A DNA stretch of 64,000 bases from contig JBNRSN020000004.1 in assembly GCA_051313645.2 (NCBI GenBank), positions 95,046,001 through 95,110,000 on the forward strand, in the 5' to 3' direction. Made by a program: the position numbers and the translations under genes. The notes beneath the pieces were generated by a model. That model made no database searches and was not told where the DNA came from. It saw nothing but the letters and a program-made list of their open reading frames with translations. Positions within the stretch are counted from its first letter, which is position 1, and each line of letters begins with the position of its first letter. Shown piece after piece: positions 1 through 11,583 of the stretch. Source of the stretch: Centroscyllium fabricii. Lineage: Eukaryota.

Positions 1-1431
1 GATTAGTGCCAATTAACTGCCTGTTAACAGGCAGTTTTTTGCCTAATCCCTATTTTTAGCCCTGAAGTGTAGGCTTCCCGACAGCTCCGAACCACGCTAA
101 GTTAGCGAGGCGGACCGTCTGAAGGGGTTGGAGAGGTCGAGATGTCCGTTGTGCAGGTGAGTGATGTGTGCAGAGGTAAGTGTGTGAGGCAAGTGTAAAG
201 TGTTTTAATACGTTTTACTTACCTTTACCTTCTCCTGCAGGCTTCCTTCCTTCAGTTCTCGGTAGTCCCCCAGCTCACCGGCACAGAAAGCAGAATGGCC
301 ACTGAACTGTCAAATGCTGCAGCATTCTGCTTTCTGGTCTGGAGAGATCTCTAACTGAGTCTGAGGGGCGGAATTTTCCTGGAGGTGCGGGAACCTGGCG
401 GAGATTGGTCAGGGCGGGTTCCTTTCCTGTCCGCCCAAGGGCCTGGGAAGCTGACGCAATTTTCGTTTAATTGATCAATTAAATCCCCGCGTCCGGGGTG
501 CCCCATGTAATTGCAGCAGTCGAGTCGCCAATTCCGGGGCTCAAACGGCATTGCAGGAGGTTTTCAGACAGCTGCGGGAACTGTGTGTTTACAGATCCCA
601 TGGAAACACTCCACTGTGACATCACAGTGGAGTGGAACCAATGGGAAAGGCCAAGTGCTGTTGAGTGACAGGTGGGTGGGCGGCTCCAAATCTTTGACAG
701 CTAGGTGCTGGCTGTCAGTAAATCTGGGAAGGTATGTTTTTGGCCACAGCTGGCCTTAACCCAAGGGAGTGACTTACTCCTCCAGGGTGTTGAAGGCCTG
801 GGAAGCATTTTGCTGTTGGTCCTTCAACACCTTGAAGGAGAAAGTTGGCAAGACCACTGTGCTCCCGCTGGGTTTTCACCAGCGGGGTTTTAGGATGGTG
901 GGGTTTGGGTGGGAAGGGGGTGAAAATTGCTGAGGGCCCTTAAAATGGCATTACAGATGCCAATTAAGGGCCCTTGATGAGCTGAACAACCATCCCCGCC
1001 AGCGGGAAAGATTCGGGGCGGGGAGACAGGGCGGAAGAAAATGCAAAAGCAGCGGGGATCTGGCGGGGGGGTGACGCGACCCACCGGTTCTGCTATTTTG
1101 CCGTCTGACCCGCCGAAAACCCTGCCTCATGGGGACTTGAAAATGTTGGCCCGAGTAGAAGGACTCAAGTTAGAAGACAGATTGTCAGTGTTTGACAGCT
1201 TCACAGAGCTGATTTTTCATCTGTCAAAAGCTCTTGACAGATGAAATGTCAATCACTGATGTCACCAGTAACCAGGTGTCACTTAATTGGCCTGCTGAGC
1301 CCATTGGGCGGGCTTAACAAGGTCAATCAAGGGAAAACCGTGTGGGTTGGCCACAAGTCGATGGCGGTGGGACTACAACCCAAAAAGTGGGAGGCCCACT
1401 TCCATCACGTCCCCATTGACAAAATCTAGCC
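1..1431 (-). mobile_element. Non-autonomous Harbinger-like DNA element, cut by the window start and split by a nested element at 366-1152
   Basis: 1-365 and 1153-1431 are the reverse complement of the uninterrupted copy at about 51427-52240. It ends in AAAATCTAGCC, matching the GGGCTGGATTTT terminus of that copy. Confidence 0.7.
366..1152. mobile_element. Non-autonomous Harbinger-like element with a 3-bp GAG target site duplication
   Basis: Imperfect TIRs GGGCGGAATTTTCC / GAAAATGTTGGCCC, flanked by GAG at 363-365 and 1153-1155. The empty site is seen in the host-family copy near 51705. Both ends are homologous (inverted) to 20438-25296. Confidence 0.7.
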
Positions 1432-1502
1432 TTTAAAGATGGCGGGACAAGTTCAGAAAGCTGTTTAAAAAGGCATACAGGATCCTTGGCTTTATAAATA
1501 GA

Positions 1503-1721
1503 TGCAACAAGTCACACAACACCAGATTTTAAATCACAAGCTTTCGGAGCTTTTGCCCCTTCGTCAGGTGAACAAAGAGAGACTCTCTTTGTTCACCTGA
1601 CGAAGGGGCAAAAGCTCCGAAAGCTTGTGATTTAAAATAAAACCGTTGGACTATAAATCTGGTGTTGTGTGACTTGTTGCATTTGTCCACCCCAGTCCAA
1701 CACCGGCACCTCCACATTATA
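1503..1721. mobile_element. Penelope-type 3' end as a fold-back (inverted pseudo-LTR) insertion
   Basis: Inverted arms centred on 1581-1583, followed by the tail TTGTCCACCCCAGTCCAACACCGGCACCTCC. 12-bp TSD TTTATAAATAGA at 1491-1502 and 1722-1733. Confidence 0.8.
1593..1630 (+). ncRNA. Minimal type I hammerhead ribozyme motif (Penelope-associated), mirrored on the - strand at about 1534-1571
   Basis: TCAC-CTGACGA-a-GGGGC aaaa GCTCC-GAAA-GCT-T-GTGA: CUGANGA and GAAA core boxes, helix II, palindromic AGCT helix III and a TCAC/GTGA helix I. Confidence 0.75.
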
Positions 1722-2189
1722 TTTATAAATAGAGGCAGAGAGTGCAAAAGCATGGCGGCAAAGAGCAGCTAAACCTTTATAATACACCTGTTCGGCCCAG
1801 CTAGAGTATTGTGGCCAATTCTGGACATCACACTATAGGAAGCATGCAGAAGAGATTTACTAGAATGGTACCAGGATTGAAAGACTTAAGTTATGTGGAG
1901 GGACTAGAGAAACTGGGTGATGCACGATCAATTATACTCGAGACGCGGTTAAGAATATAACTGAGGCTTTTATTGCCAAAGAACTGGAGTACAGGTCTTG
2001 TTACTAACTGGTCCTGGAATGCCACGAGGTCAGCAGTGCTGCCACCTTTATACGGCAGTCTGTGGGTGGAGTCAGGAGGTGGAGCCGGCTGAGTCATCCC
2101 AGGTAGATCTCAGGTGGGCAAGAGGTAACTTAGACCACACAGAGCAACTATATACAGTGCAGAGCAATACCGTGGTTCACCACAAGTAA

Positions 2190-2867
2190 AGCCCCGCTTT
2201 CACTGGAGGCTACGAATTCCCGATTTCTCCCGAATCTGAAATTTGTCCGATTCGTGGGTAATTCTTGCAATTCGTAAACGATTCGTGGTTGATTCGTAGA
2301 GGATTCGTAGAGTTCGCGTAAGTTCGCGTGATTTCTTTGATTTTTCAAGAAAGTTTTTGTTTGTCAAAAAATTTCGTGGGAGGGTTAACGAATGTCCAAT
2401 TCGTGATAGATTCCTAAACAATTCGTGACCCTTTCTTATCGTTCTTAACCCTTTCTTATCCTTCTTAACCGTTTCTTAATCGCTTCTTCTGCATTCTTGT
2501 CTATTCTTGGGCATTCTTGACTCCCTCAAATTCGTGGACCCACGCCGAATACATCACGAAACAGGCACGAATGTCCGCGAATCAGGTACGAATCAAGTAC
2601 GAATCGGTCGTAGTGGATTCGTACAGTAATTCGGCACATTCGTAAGTGAGTTCGTTAAATTCTTACCTGATTCTTTGAATTCGTACTTGTTTCTTAAACC
2701 ATTCTTGACATTCGGCACGAATAATTCGTAATCAATTCGTAGTGGATTCGTAGCTCCTCCCGAATCCACCACGAATTTTCACATTTTTTTGCCGAATCGC
2801 CACGAATTTCGATACGTGACGATTCTTGATATTCTTGATATTCTTAGCCTCCAGTGAAAGTGGGGCA
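2190..2867. mobile_element. PIF/Harbinger-type MITE inserted in the Gypsy 3' LTR
   Basis: About 23-bp TIRs AGCCCCGCTTTCACTGGAGGCTA / TAGCCTCCAGTGAAAGTGGGGCA with TAA TSD at 2187-2189 and 2868-2870. Absent from the sister LTR. Confidence 0.9.
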
Positions 2868-2920
2868 TAACAATATACACTACAGAGCAATACAGTGGTT
2901 CACCACATTCACCCCTCGTT

Positions 2921-5900
2921 TTAAGATTGAGTCCGGCGGAGTGAAGCGGTTCTGCTAGGGGCAGAATAAGACAGTCTCTCGGGGGGTCTGGTCGCCCTCT
3001 GTGACCGTCGCAGTTCCGGTTGCCATGTGGGATCCTCGGGTGCTGTCGGTGGTGAGGCGGCAGTTGCCAGAAGGTCATGCATCATCCGGTGATCCCTGGT
3101 CTCCGGTGTACCGTCTACAGGGGCTAGAAAAAACAATGGTGACAAGGCCGCGTCGAAAGGTACGGTGGGTGGGGTGATGGTCTCGGGCACCTGAAGGTGC
3201 GAAGTCTCTAATAGAGACGGTGTCCTCACGCCCGTCGGAATGCCACGTAGGCATATTGGGGGTTGGCGTGGAGGAGCTGTACCCTTTCGACCAGAGGGTC
3301 CGTCTTATGGCCCCTCACTTGTTTCCGAAGCAGGACGGGCCCTGGGGACGTCAGCCACGATGGTAGCAAGGTCCCCGAGGTGGACTTCCTGGCAAAGGAA
3401 AACATCCGCTCGTGAGGGGTAGCGTTGGTCGCACTGTAGAGCAGCGACCGAATGGAATGGAGCGCATTGGGGAGGACCTCCTGCCAGCGGGAGACTGGGA
3501 GGCCCCTGGACCGAAGGGCTAGAAGGGTGGCCTTCCAGACCGTCCCATTCTCCCTCTCAACCTGCCCGTTGCCCCGGGGGTTGTAACTGGTGGTCCTGCT
3601 TGTTGCGACTCCTTTGGAGAGCAGGTACTGGCGCAACTCATCAATAGACAATAGACAATTACGGCACTGAACAGGCCTTTCGGCCCACAAGTCATGCCGC
3701 CCCCTCCCTCCTGCCTCCCTATCTAATACCCTTCCGCCCCCATATAAATGTCCAGTTTTCTCTTGAACGCCTCCAGGCTGCTCGCCTCTACAATCTGTGC
3801 TGGCAGCCTATTCCACTCACTCACGACCCTTTGCGTGAAGAACCCCCCTCTTCCATCTCTTCTGAACTTCCCTCCCTGTATTTTATACGAATGTCCTCTC
3901 GTGCCCGTCTCCCTCATCCTTGGAAATAGTCTTTGTACGTCCACCTGGTCAATACCCTTTATCATCTTGAATACCTCTATCAGGTCTCCCCTGGCCCTTC
4001 TTCTCTCCAGAGAGAACAGCCCCAGTTCCCTCAGTCTCTCCTCGTACGTCCTCCCCCCCATCCCCGGCAGCATCCTCGTAAATCTCCTCTGCACTCTCTC
4101 CAGAGTCTCCACATCCTTCCTGTACCTAGGTGCCCAGAACTGAACGCAGTACTCCAAGTGTGGTCGCACCAGCGCTGTATACAGCCTTATCAACACCTCC
4201 CTGTCCCTAAACTCCAGGCCCCTGTTGATAAAGGCCAGTATGTGAACGACGACCCCCGGTCACTGTGGATGTAGTTGGTTGGCCGAACATGGTGAAGATG
4301 CTGTGCAGACACCTGATGGCCGTGGCTGCGGTCATGTCAGGACAAGGGATGGCAAAGGGGAAACGTGAATACTCATCGATGACTGTGAGGAAATACACGT
4401 TGCGGTCCGAGGAGGGGAGGGGCCCTTTGAAGTCGATGCTCAGGCGCTCAAAGGGGTGGCTGGCGTTTATCAGGTTAGCTCTGTCTGGCCTATAGAAGTG
4501 CGGTTTGCACTCCGCGAACGTCGAGCAGCGCCTGGTAACGTCCCGGACATCCGAAACGGAGTAGGGCAGGTTACGGAACTTGACGAAATGAAAGACGGGT
4601 GACTCCTGGGTGGCAGAGGTCATTGTGGATGGATTGCAATCTATCCACTTGTGCGCTGGCACAGGTTCCGTGTGATAGACCGTCCGGGGGCTCATTGAGT
4701 TTACCGGGCCGGTACAAAATATCGTAGTTGTAGGTGGACAACTCAATTCTCCACCTCAGGATTTTATCGTTTTTGATTTTACCCCGCTGTTTATTATTAA
4801 ACATGAAAGCCACTGACCGCTGGTCAGTGAGCAGGGTAAATCTTTTACCGGCCAGGTAATGTCTCCAGTGCCACCACCGCTTCCACGATGGCCTGGGCCT
4901 CCTTTTCCACCGAGGAGTGCCTGATTTCAGGGCCTTGGAGGGTACGGGAGAAGAAGGCCACTGGTCTCCCCGCCTGATTGCGGGTAGCGGCCAGAGCGAA
5001 GTCAGAGGCATCGCTTTCCACCTGGAACGGGGTGGATTCGTCCACGGCGTGCATGGTCACCTTAGCGATGTCGGACTTGATGCTCTCGAAGGCTGCGCGA
5101 GCCTCATCCGCCAGAGGGAAAGAGGTAGATTTAATGAGGGGGCGGGCTTTGTCAGCATACTGGGGGACCCATTGGGCGTAGTACGAGAAAAAGCCCAGGC
5201 ACCTTTTCAGGGACTTGGGACTGTGGGGGAGGGGGAGCTCCAGAAGGGGGCGCATGCATTCAGGGTCCGGGCCGATGACCCCATTCTCCACGAAACAGCC
5301 CAGGATGGCAAGGCAGGTGGTGCGGAAAACGCATTTCTCCTTATAAGTGAGGGTAAGGAGTTGGGTGGTCTGGAGAAATTCGGCAAGGTTGGCGTCGTGG
5401 TCCTGCAAGTCATGGCCGCAGATAGTGACGTTGTCGAGGTAGGGGAAAGTAGCCAGCAGCCCGTTTTGGTCCACCATACAGTCCATCTCCTGTTGGAAGA
5501 CTGACACACCGTTGGTGATGCCAAACGGGACCCTGAGGAAGTGGTAAAGGTGGCCGTTTGCCTCAAAGGCAGTGAACCAGCGGTCTTCGGGATGAATGGG
5601 GAGCTGGTAGTACGCCGACTTTAAGTCAATCGTGGAGAATACCCGGTACTGCGCAATCTGGTTAACCATGTCAGAAATGCGTGGCAGGGGTTATGCGTCC
5701 AGCTGCGTAAAGCGGTTGATGGTTTGGCTGTAGCCGATGACCAGACGGTGCTTTGCGCCGGTCGTGACAACTACAACCTGGGCTCTCCAGGGACTGTTGC
5801 TGGCCTCAATGAACCCCTCCTTCAGTAGCTGCTGAACCTCAGACTTGATAAACAGTCTATCCCCCATACTGTAGCGCCTGCTCTTGGTAGTTATGGGCTT

Positions 5901-6340
5901 GCAGTCGGGGGTGAGGTTAGCGAACAGTAAAGGAGGGGTGACCTTGAGGGTCGAGAGGCTGCAGACAGTGTGTGGCTGGTGCTTTAAAAACTTGCTGGCT
6001 ACAGACAGTGAGAGGGGGGAGGGGGCCACCGTACTTCAGTGACGCTGTCGAGGTGGCTCTGAAAATCTAGCCCGAGCAGAACGGCAGTGCAGAGGTGGGG
6101 GAGGATGAAAAGTTTAAAGTTATCATACACGGTGCTCTGCACCGTCAACGTAACGATGCAGCTGCCGCCGACTTCCGCTGTTTTAGCGTTGGAGGCCAGG
6201 GAGATCCGCTGGCGCGCTGGGAGTACCATTAGGGAAAGCTTCCGCACCGTGGCCGGATGGATAAAACGTACAGTACTCCCCGAATCAAAAAGGCATTTTG
6301 TAGTGCGGCCGTTTACCTTGATGTCCATCGTGGACCTGGT
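2921..6340 (-). pseudogene. pol: Gypsy pol (protease, RT, RNase H, integrase), with frameshifts, a stop and a CR1 insertion
   Basis: LFDSGS protease; YLDN RT; ESDASD RNase H; integrase motifs PFERLSIDFKGPLP and NGQVER, spread over several ORFs. Confidence 0.9.
3643..4242 (-). mobile_element. 5'-truncated CR1 LINE inserted in the Gypsy integrase
   Basis: Open ORF2 C-terminus at 3723-4196 ([15 protein letters not shown] ... FKRKLD) and a 7-mer ATTGTCT tail. It splits the integrase SSF|DELRQYL motif. Confidence 0.9.
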
Positions 6341-6458
6341 GAGCTGGATTGGTCGAGGGTGATTGAGGCCAGTTGAGGTAGCGGCCCGTCGAAATCCTCC
6401 CGTGGGGAAACAGGGGAGGCGGGCGCGAGCGGCTGATGCAAAGATGGCGGTGCCCGGA

Positions 6459-7341
6459 TCAAAGATGGCGGCGCCCATTGTTCACCCGCGGCCGGGGGAG
6501 ATACAAAATGGCCACCCGAGCTGCCCGCTTGCTCACCATGCAGCGGGGTAAGATGGCCACTCCAAGATGGCCGCTCCGCTGGGCCACACGCAGCGCTGCT
6601 GGGGTGGGGGAGGGTCTGGCCTTGCAGACGCTGGCATAGTGCCCCTTCTTGCAGCTTGAGCACATTGCCGCTCTCGCCAGGCAGCGCTGCCTGGGGTGCT
6701 TTGCGTAGCCACAGAGGTAGCATTTCTGGGCGCTGGATGCAGCAGCGGACGTTAGCGGGGTAGGCGTGGCGGGGGTCGGTCCTACCGTCATAAATGGCTG
6801 TGCCCGCGTTGCCCATGAGGTCGTAGGCCTCCGTGTGCCGATGCGCTACTTCCAGGGAGTGTGCGAGATCCATAGCCCCTTGTAGGTCGAGTTTCTTCTG
6901 CTCAAACAGCCGTTGGCGGGTGTACCTGGATTTTACACCTGCAACCAGGGCGTCCGCGTGGGCCTGGGCCGTAACGGCCTGGCAGTTGCAGGCCCGCGCG
7001 AGCGCCTGCAGTTCTGTGACAAGGTCCACAATAGACTCACCGGTCTGCTGCTTGCGGCACAGCAGTAGGTGTCTCGCGTAGATCTCATTCGCCGGGGCCG
7101 CGAAACGGTCCTTGAGAATCTTCATGGCACCAGCATAAGTCGATTCGCTCTCGATTAGTGAGTAGATGTCTAGGCTCACACGGGATAGTTGGACCGCCAA
7201 TTTCTGGCCTTTTGTGGTGCTGGTCGTCCCGGAGGCGGCTAAGAAAAGTTCAAACACCCTGAGCCAGTGGGCGAATCTCCAAGGGGTGCCCGGTGCCTGT
7301 GGTTGCAACTCCAGGCAAGCAGGTAGCAATATTTTGTCCAT
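6459..7341 (-). pseudogene. gag: Gypsy gag, frameshifted
   Basis: ATG at 7341 (MDKILLP...), YARHLLLCRKQQTGES capsid-like motif, and zinc knuckles CYLCG..H..C and CSSC..GH..C in a shifted frame. Confidence 0.85.
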
Positions 7342-7674
7342 TGCCGAAAATTTTGGCAATAAAATTGATGCACGATCAATTATACTGGAGATGAGGTTAA
7401 GAATATAACTGAGGCTTTTATTACCAAAGAACTGGAGTACAGGTCTTGTTACTAACCTGTCCTGGAATGCCACGAGGTCAGCAGTGCTGTCACCTTTATA
7501 TGGCAGTCTGTGGGTGGAGCCCGGAGGCGGAGCCGGCTGAGTCATCCCAGGTAGATCTCAGTTAGGCAAGAGGTAACTTATACCACACAGAGCAACTATA
7601 TACAGTACAGAGCAATACCGTGGTTCACCACAAGTAACTATATCCACTACAGAGCAATACCGTGGTTCACCACA

Positions 7675-8090
7675 CTGGGGTTGTTCTCCTTCGAGCAGAG
7701 AAGGTTAAGATGAGATTTGATAAAGGTGTTCAAAATCATGAAGGGTTTTGATAGAGTAAATAAGGAGAAACTGTTTACAGTGGCTGAAGGGTCGGTAACC
7801 AGAGGACAGAGTTCAGGTAATTAACAAAAGAACCAGAGGTAACATGAGGAGAAAAAATTTACGCAGGGATTTGTTGTGATCTGGAACGCACTGCTTGAAA
7901 GGGTGGTGGAAGCAACTTCAATAATCCCTTTCAGAAGGGAATTGGATAAATACTTGAACAAGGAAAGTTTTGGGGTCTATGGGGAAAGAACAGGGGAGTG
8001 GGACTAATTGGATGTCTCTTTCAAAAAGCCAGCACAGGCACAATGGATCAAATGACCTCCTTCTGTACTATTATGCTATGGTTCTCTATG
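7675..8090 (+). mobile_element. Old CR1 3' end, second part (continuation of 1435-1917)
   Basis: Resumes at GLFSFEQRRLR..DLIKVFKIM and runs into a CR1 3' UTR ending in CTATG-type repeats. Confidence 0.8.
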
Positions 8091-8247
8091 AAAACCATCC
8101 CTCCCAATTGATCTTGTTTATATATTGGAGGCTATCTTCTTGGATAGCATTCAATATTTAAACAAATATTCAAGATCAGCTGGGAGGGGGCATATTGAAT
8201 TAATCTTTTGTTTAACCTACACATACAACTAACTAGGCTATTCTATT

Positions 8248-8655
8248 GGGCGGCACGGTGGCACAGTGGTTAGCACTGTTGTCTCACAGCACTGGAGACC
8301 CGGGTTCAAATCCAGCCTCGGGTACTATCTGTGTGGAGTTTGCACATTCTCCCCGTGTCTGCGTGGGTTTCCTCCCGGGTGCTCCGGTTTCCTCCCACAG
8401 TCCAAAGATGTGCGGGTTAGGTTGATTGGCCAGGATAAATTGACCCTTAGTGTTGGGGGGATTGAATATGTAGGGTTACGAGGATAGGGTGGGATATGTG
8501 TCGATGCAGACTTGATAGGGATCGAGGGATATGGGGAGAGGGCAGGGACAGGGACGGGGTACTGGGTTTGGATGATCAGCCATGATCTCATTGAATGGCG
8601 GAGCAGGCTCGAAGGGCCGAATGGCCTACTCCTGCTCCTAGTTTCTATGTTTCTA
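8248..8655 (+). mobile_element. HE1-like tRNA-derived V-SINE with a long CR1 tail
   Basis: A/B box head (TGGCACAGTGG, GGTTCAAATCC), V-core TGTGTGGAGTTTGCACATTCTCCCCGTG, and CR1 3' tail TTTCTATG. Confidence 0.9.
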
Positions 8656-8775
8656 TTCTAGTGGGGAGGACGCATAATCTCTCAAACTAAACTCGGTTGG
8701 CATAGGGGGAGTAATTCAGCTACTGCTGGCAGCAAAAAAATGTTTTAATTTCATTTTTTTATTTTTTTTGTTTTT

Positions 8776-9085
8776 CATACAGACCCCAGCATGTGCAACA
8801 TTTGACCCCTTGTGACCCACCTCATTGTTCTTTGATGGAATTTTTTTCCTGACTGACCTGTTTGGACACCATTCACACCTTTGATTGCGGTGATTATCTC
8901 TCTGCCGAGGTGTGATAAAGGGCAGTTAGAAAGATTACCTGTAATCATCTGGCAATGTTCTCTGACTATATATGCTGTGCCTATATGCATCTCTTCACTT
9001 CACCTGACGAAGGAGCAGCGCTCTGAAAGCTTGTGATTTCAAATAAAACTGTTGAACTATAACCTGGTGTTGTGTGACTTCTTAC
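8776..9085 (+). mobile_element. Penelope pseudo-LTR/3' UTR fragment with a hammerhead motif at 9000-9036
   Basis: Homologous to 14186-14495. Contains CACCTGACGAAGGAGCAGCGCTCTGAAAGCTTGTGA followed by AATAAA. Confidence 0.75.
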
Positions 9086-10717
9086 TGGAGTACAAGACAT
9101 CCAAGTAGCAGAAATTGCATGCTAACCAAACCAGATGTGGCTTTTGGAACTGGCTGCCGCATGGCCTATTAGTAACGACTTGTGCAATAGAGGGTTTTTT
9201 AAGATGCTGGAGATTTGTCATGGAATCCCTCAGAGCTGACTTTTGGTGCCTTGTTTGTCCAGAAATATTTTCCCTCCACTGTAAGCAACTTGGTGTCATA
9301 TGAAGCATCCAATTTTAAAGTAAAGACTGGCTAATGAGAGAACAGCTTGGGATAATGTTCTTGCCGGGATAATGAATAGAACCACTCGAGATTCTTTCTT
9401 GTTTAATTTCATAATCCTCTGGGTTCATCACCCAATTATTGAGGGTTCAAGTGGCATCCAGGAGGCGGAAGATATTTTGTATAATTTCTCTTAATTGCTT
9501 TAAGATCCAGTACTACTTAACTTCAGTTTGGCAAATTGAGATTGGATAAAGCTAATAGATTCAGAATCTTGTCCTTTTGGGACCTGTGTCAATTTGCAAC
9601 CCAAACAAATGAGATGAACGGTCTCTTCTATGATTACATAAGAATCCTGAATTAAACTACTTAGGGCAATAACCTCCGTTTCAAGAAGGCATGAATTGCT
9701 GCCACAAACTTTCTCATAATTCAGCACTAATTGGCAATTTTGTTAAGCAGCCATAGTGCTGGCTGTTCTGAGAAATGCAAGTGTCATATTGCTGCAGTAG
9801 GAGGCTGCTGTTTCAAGTCTAGCATAAAGTCCATTAATGGGACAGCCTAACCTCATGCAGATTGATCTCTGCTCTGCAGTCCTATAATTTATGCATTAGC
9901 CTGGTCCCTGTACACTTTTTAAAGATTAATAGGAAAAACTGCTAATGTTGGGAACCTGAAATGAAAACACAAAATGCTGGAAACATACAGCAGGTCCGTA
10001 AGCATTCTAAAGAAATGCAGGTTAACTTTGCAGATGAGGCCGCTTCACCTAACTCTCCTCGCCCTCACCCCAAGACCACATCTTGTGTAGAGCATCGCAG
10101 GCACACAGTATACATTTCCTTATCACCGAGCCCTCCGTGGAAGTAGCTCAGTGCATCATACAACTTTGCTGCAAAGAAGTGATTTACTTCTTTATGAAAT
10201 TAATTATACCTATGTGTACAGAGGCCTTAAAAGAGGTATTGAAGGGCATTTGTACATGCCTGGACCCTAGGATGCAGCGACGGCTCCGGCATTGATGTGG
10301 AATCTTCCCTGACTGGTGTAGAGCACAAGCGTTTAGAATTAGTGGGATTAGACCTGTCTGGGGAAGGTTTGTTGCATGGATTTCTAAAGATACGTTGGCT
10401 AAGTTTCTTGTGATTTCGTTTAAGAATGATTGGCATTTTTAAAGTGCATTTAGTATAAATAAACAGGCAGCTGAGAAAACAAATCTGATTGCGGCAAGCA
10501 GCTCCAAAATAAAATCAGCAATTTGATTGTTTCTATGATCGCTGCCGGTTTTTATTGGTTGTGTTTTAAGGAAGGGGCAAAATAGTGCTGGTGAAAAATA
10601 TCTGTTTATAAAAAAAAAAAAAAAAAATAAACAAAGCTTTGTGTCCTCAAATTTTCTCTCAGTATATTTTCAGACTGCAGGATCTGTGTTCAGCTGCAGC
10701 TCTGGGCAAAAATATCA

Positions 10718-11583
10718 GGCTTGAATTTACGGTTGGAGGCTTCCCGTGGGCGAATGCCTCCGAACCGTAAGAAAAGTGCGAACCCAGCTCATGATCTCTG
10801 AGGTTTGGACACTTGCACTCCTGGGCCTCTACACATATGCCTGCCTAAAGGCCCATGGATCCATTGGGTGTGACCTAAAAAAACTACTAGGCACTTGGTA
10901 TAAGCGTTAAACAAAGCTTTAATCAACTGTTTTACAACATGGAGGTCCAGTTATGTCCTTCACTAGTTCCTGTTAAGAATGTCCTGCGCAAGCTGGGCCT
11001 GTGCCCGAGTATTTATACTCTCCCTGGACAGCGCCACCCATAGGCCGCTCAGTATTATTTCATAAGTATTTCTTTCATGAATGACTGCACCCTGATTGCA
11101 GGTGTCCCTGGGATCACGTGGGCCAGGCCAGCCAATGAAAATGGGGAACCCCATTATACTAATGGGATTCTATTTATGTACAGAATCCCCATAAGCATGA
11201 ATAGGAATCCCCTAAAAAAAAAACTACACCAGTCAAATAATAAATCATTACATGCTCAAAATTAATGAAAATACCATTTAATTAAACATTTAAAACAAAT
11301 TAAATTTTTTGAAAAATAAAGGGGCTAAAAGTAACAAACTAATTAAAGTTTTTAATACTTTTATCCGGCGTAAGCATTTCACAGGCATTCGCTGGGCAGT
11401 AGTTGGGCAAATAGTCCAACTCTCCGCCAGTGAATGTCCACTTCCCGGGGATGCAATGGATCTGTCGAGCTGAAACTTGACAGATTGCAAGTTCTGGGTT
11501 TTCGCGCATGAACATCGCACGTGGAAACCCGGAACTTGCGGGTTACATACGACCACATACACGGTAGGCCCCGGAAAATCCTT
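10718..11583. mobile_element. Probable degenerate Harbinger-like non-autonomous element
   Basis: GGCTTGAATTT...AAAATCC type ends, a subterminal inverted repeat TTACGGTTGGAGGC/GCCTCCGAACCGTAA and an AT-rich centre. No clear TSD. Confidence 0.4.

Larger units (their letters stand above)
1435..1917 (+). mobile_element. Old CR1 LINE ORF2 3' fragment, first part (continues at 7675)
   Basis: Degenerate KKAYRILGFINR ... RPQLEYC ... RFTRMVPG ... LEKLG motifs. Interrupted by a Penelope insert and a Gypsy provirus. Confidence 0.8.
1918..7674 (-). mobile_element. Gypsy LTR retrotransposon, full-length but degenerate
   Basis: TG..CA LTRs at 7366-7674 and 1918-2907 (the latter split by a MITE). 5-bp TSD CTGGG at 1913-1917 and 7675-7679. 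Purine tract before the 3' LTR. Domain order gag-PR-RT-RH-IN. Confidence 0.95.

Noticed and set aside
7585-7674. Repeat-spacer look (CAGAGCAATACCGTGGTTCACCACA twice) suggesting CRISPR
   Set aside because: It is an internal duplication in a Gypsy LTR, present in both LTRs, in eukaryotic DNA with no cas genes.
8248-8320. tRNA gene
   Set aside because: The A/B boxes run straight into the V-SINE core; this is a SINE head, as in all other copies.
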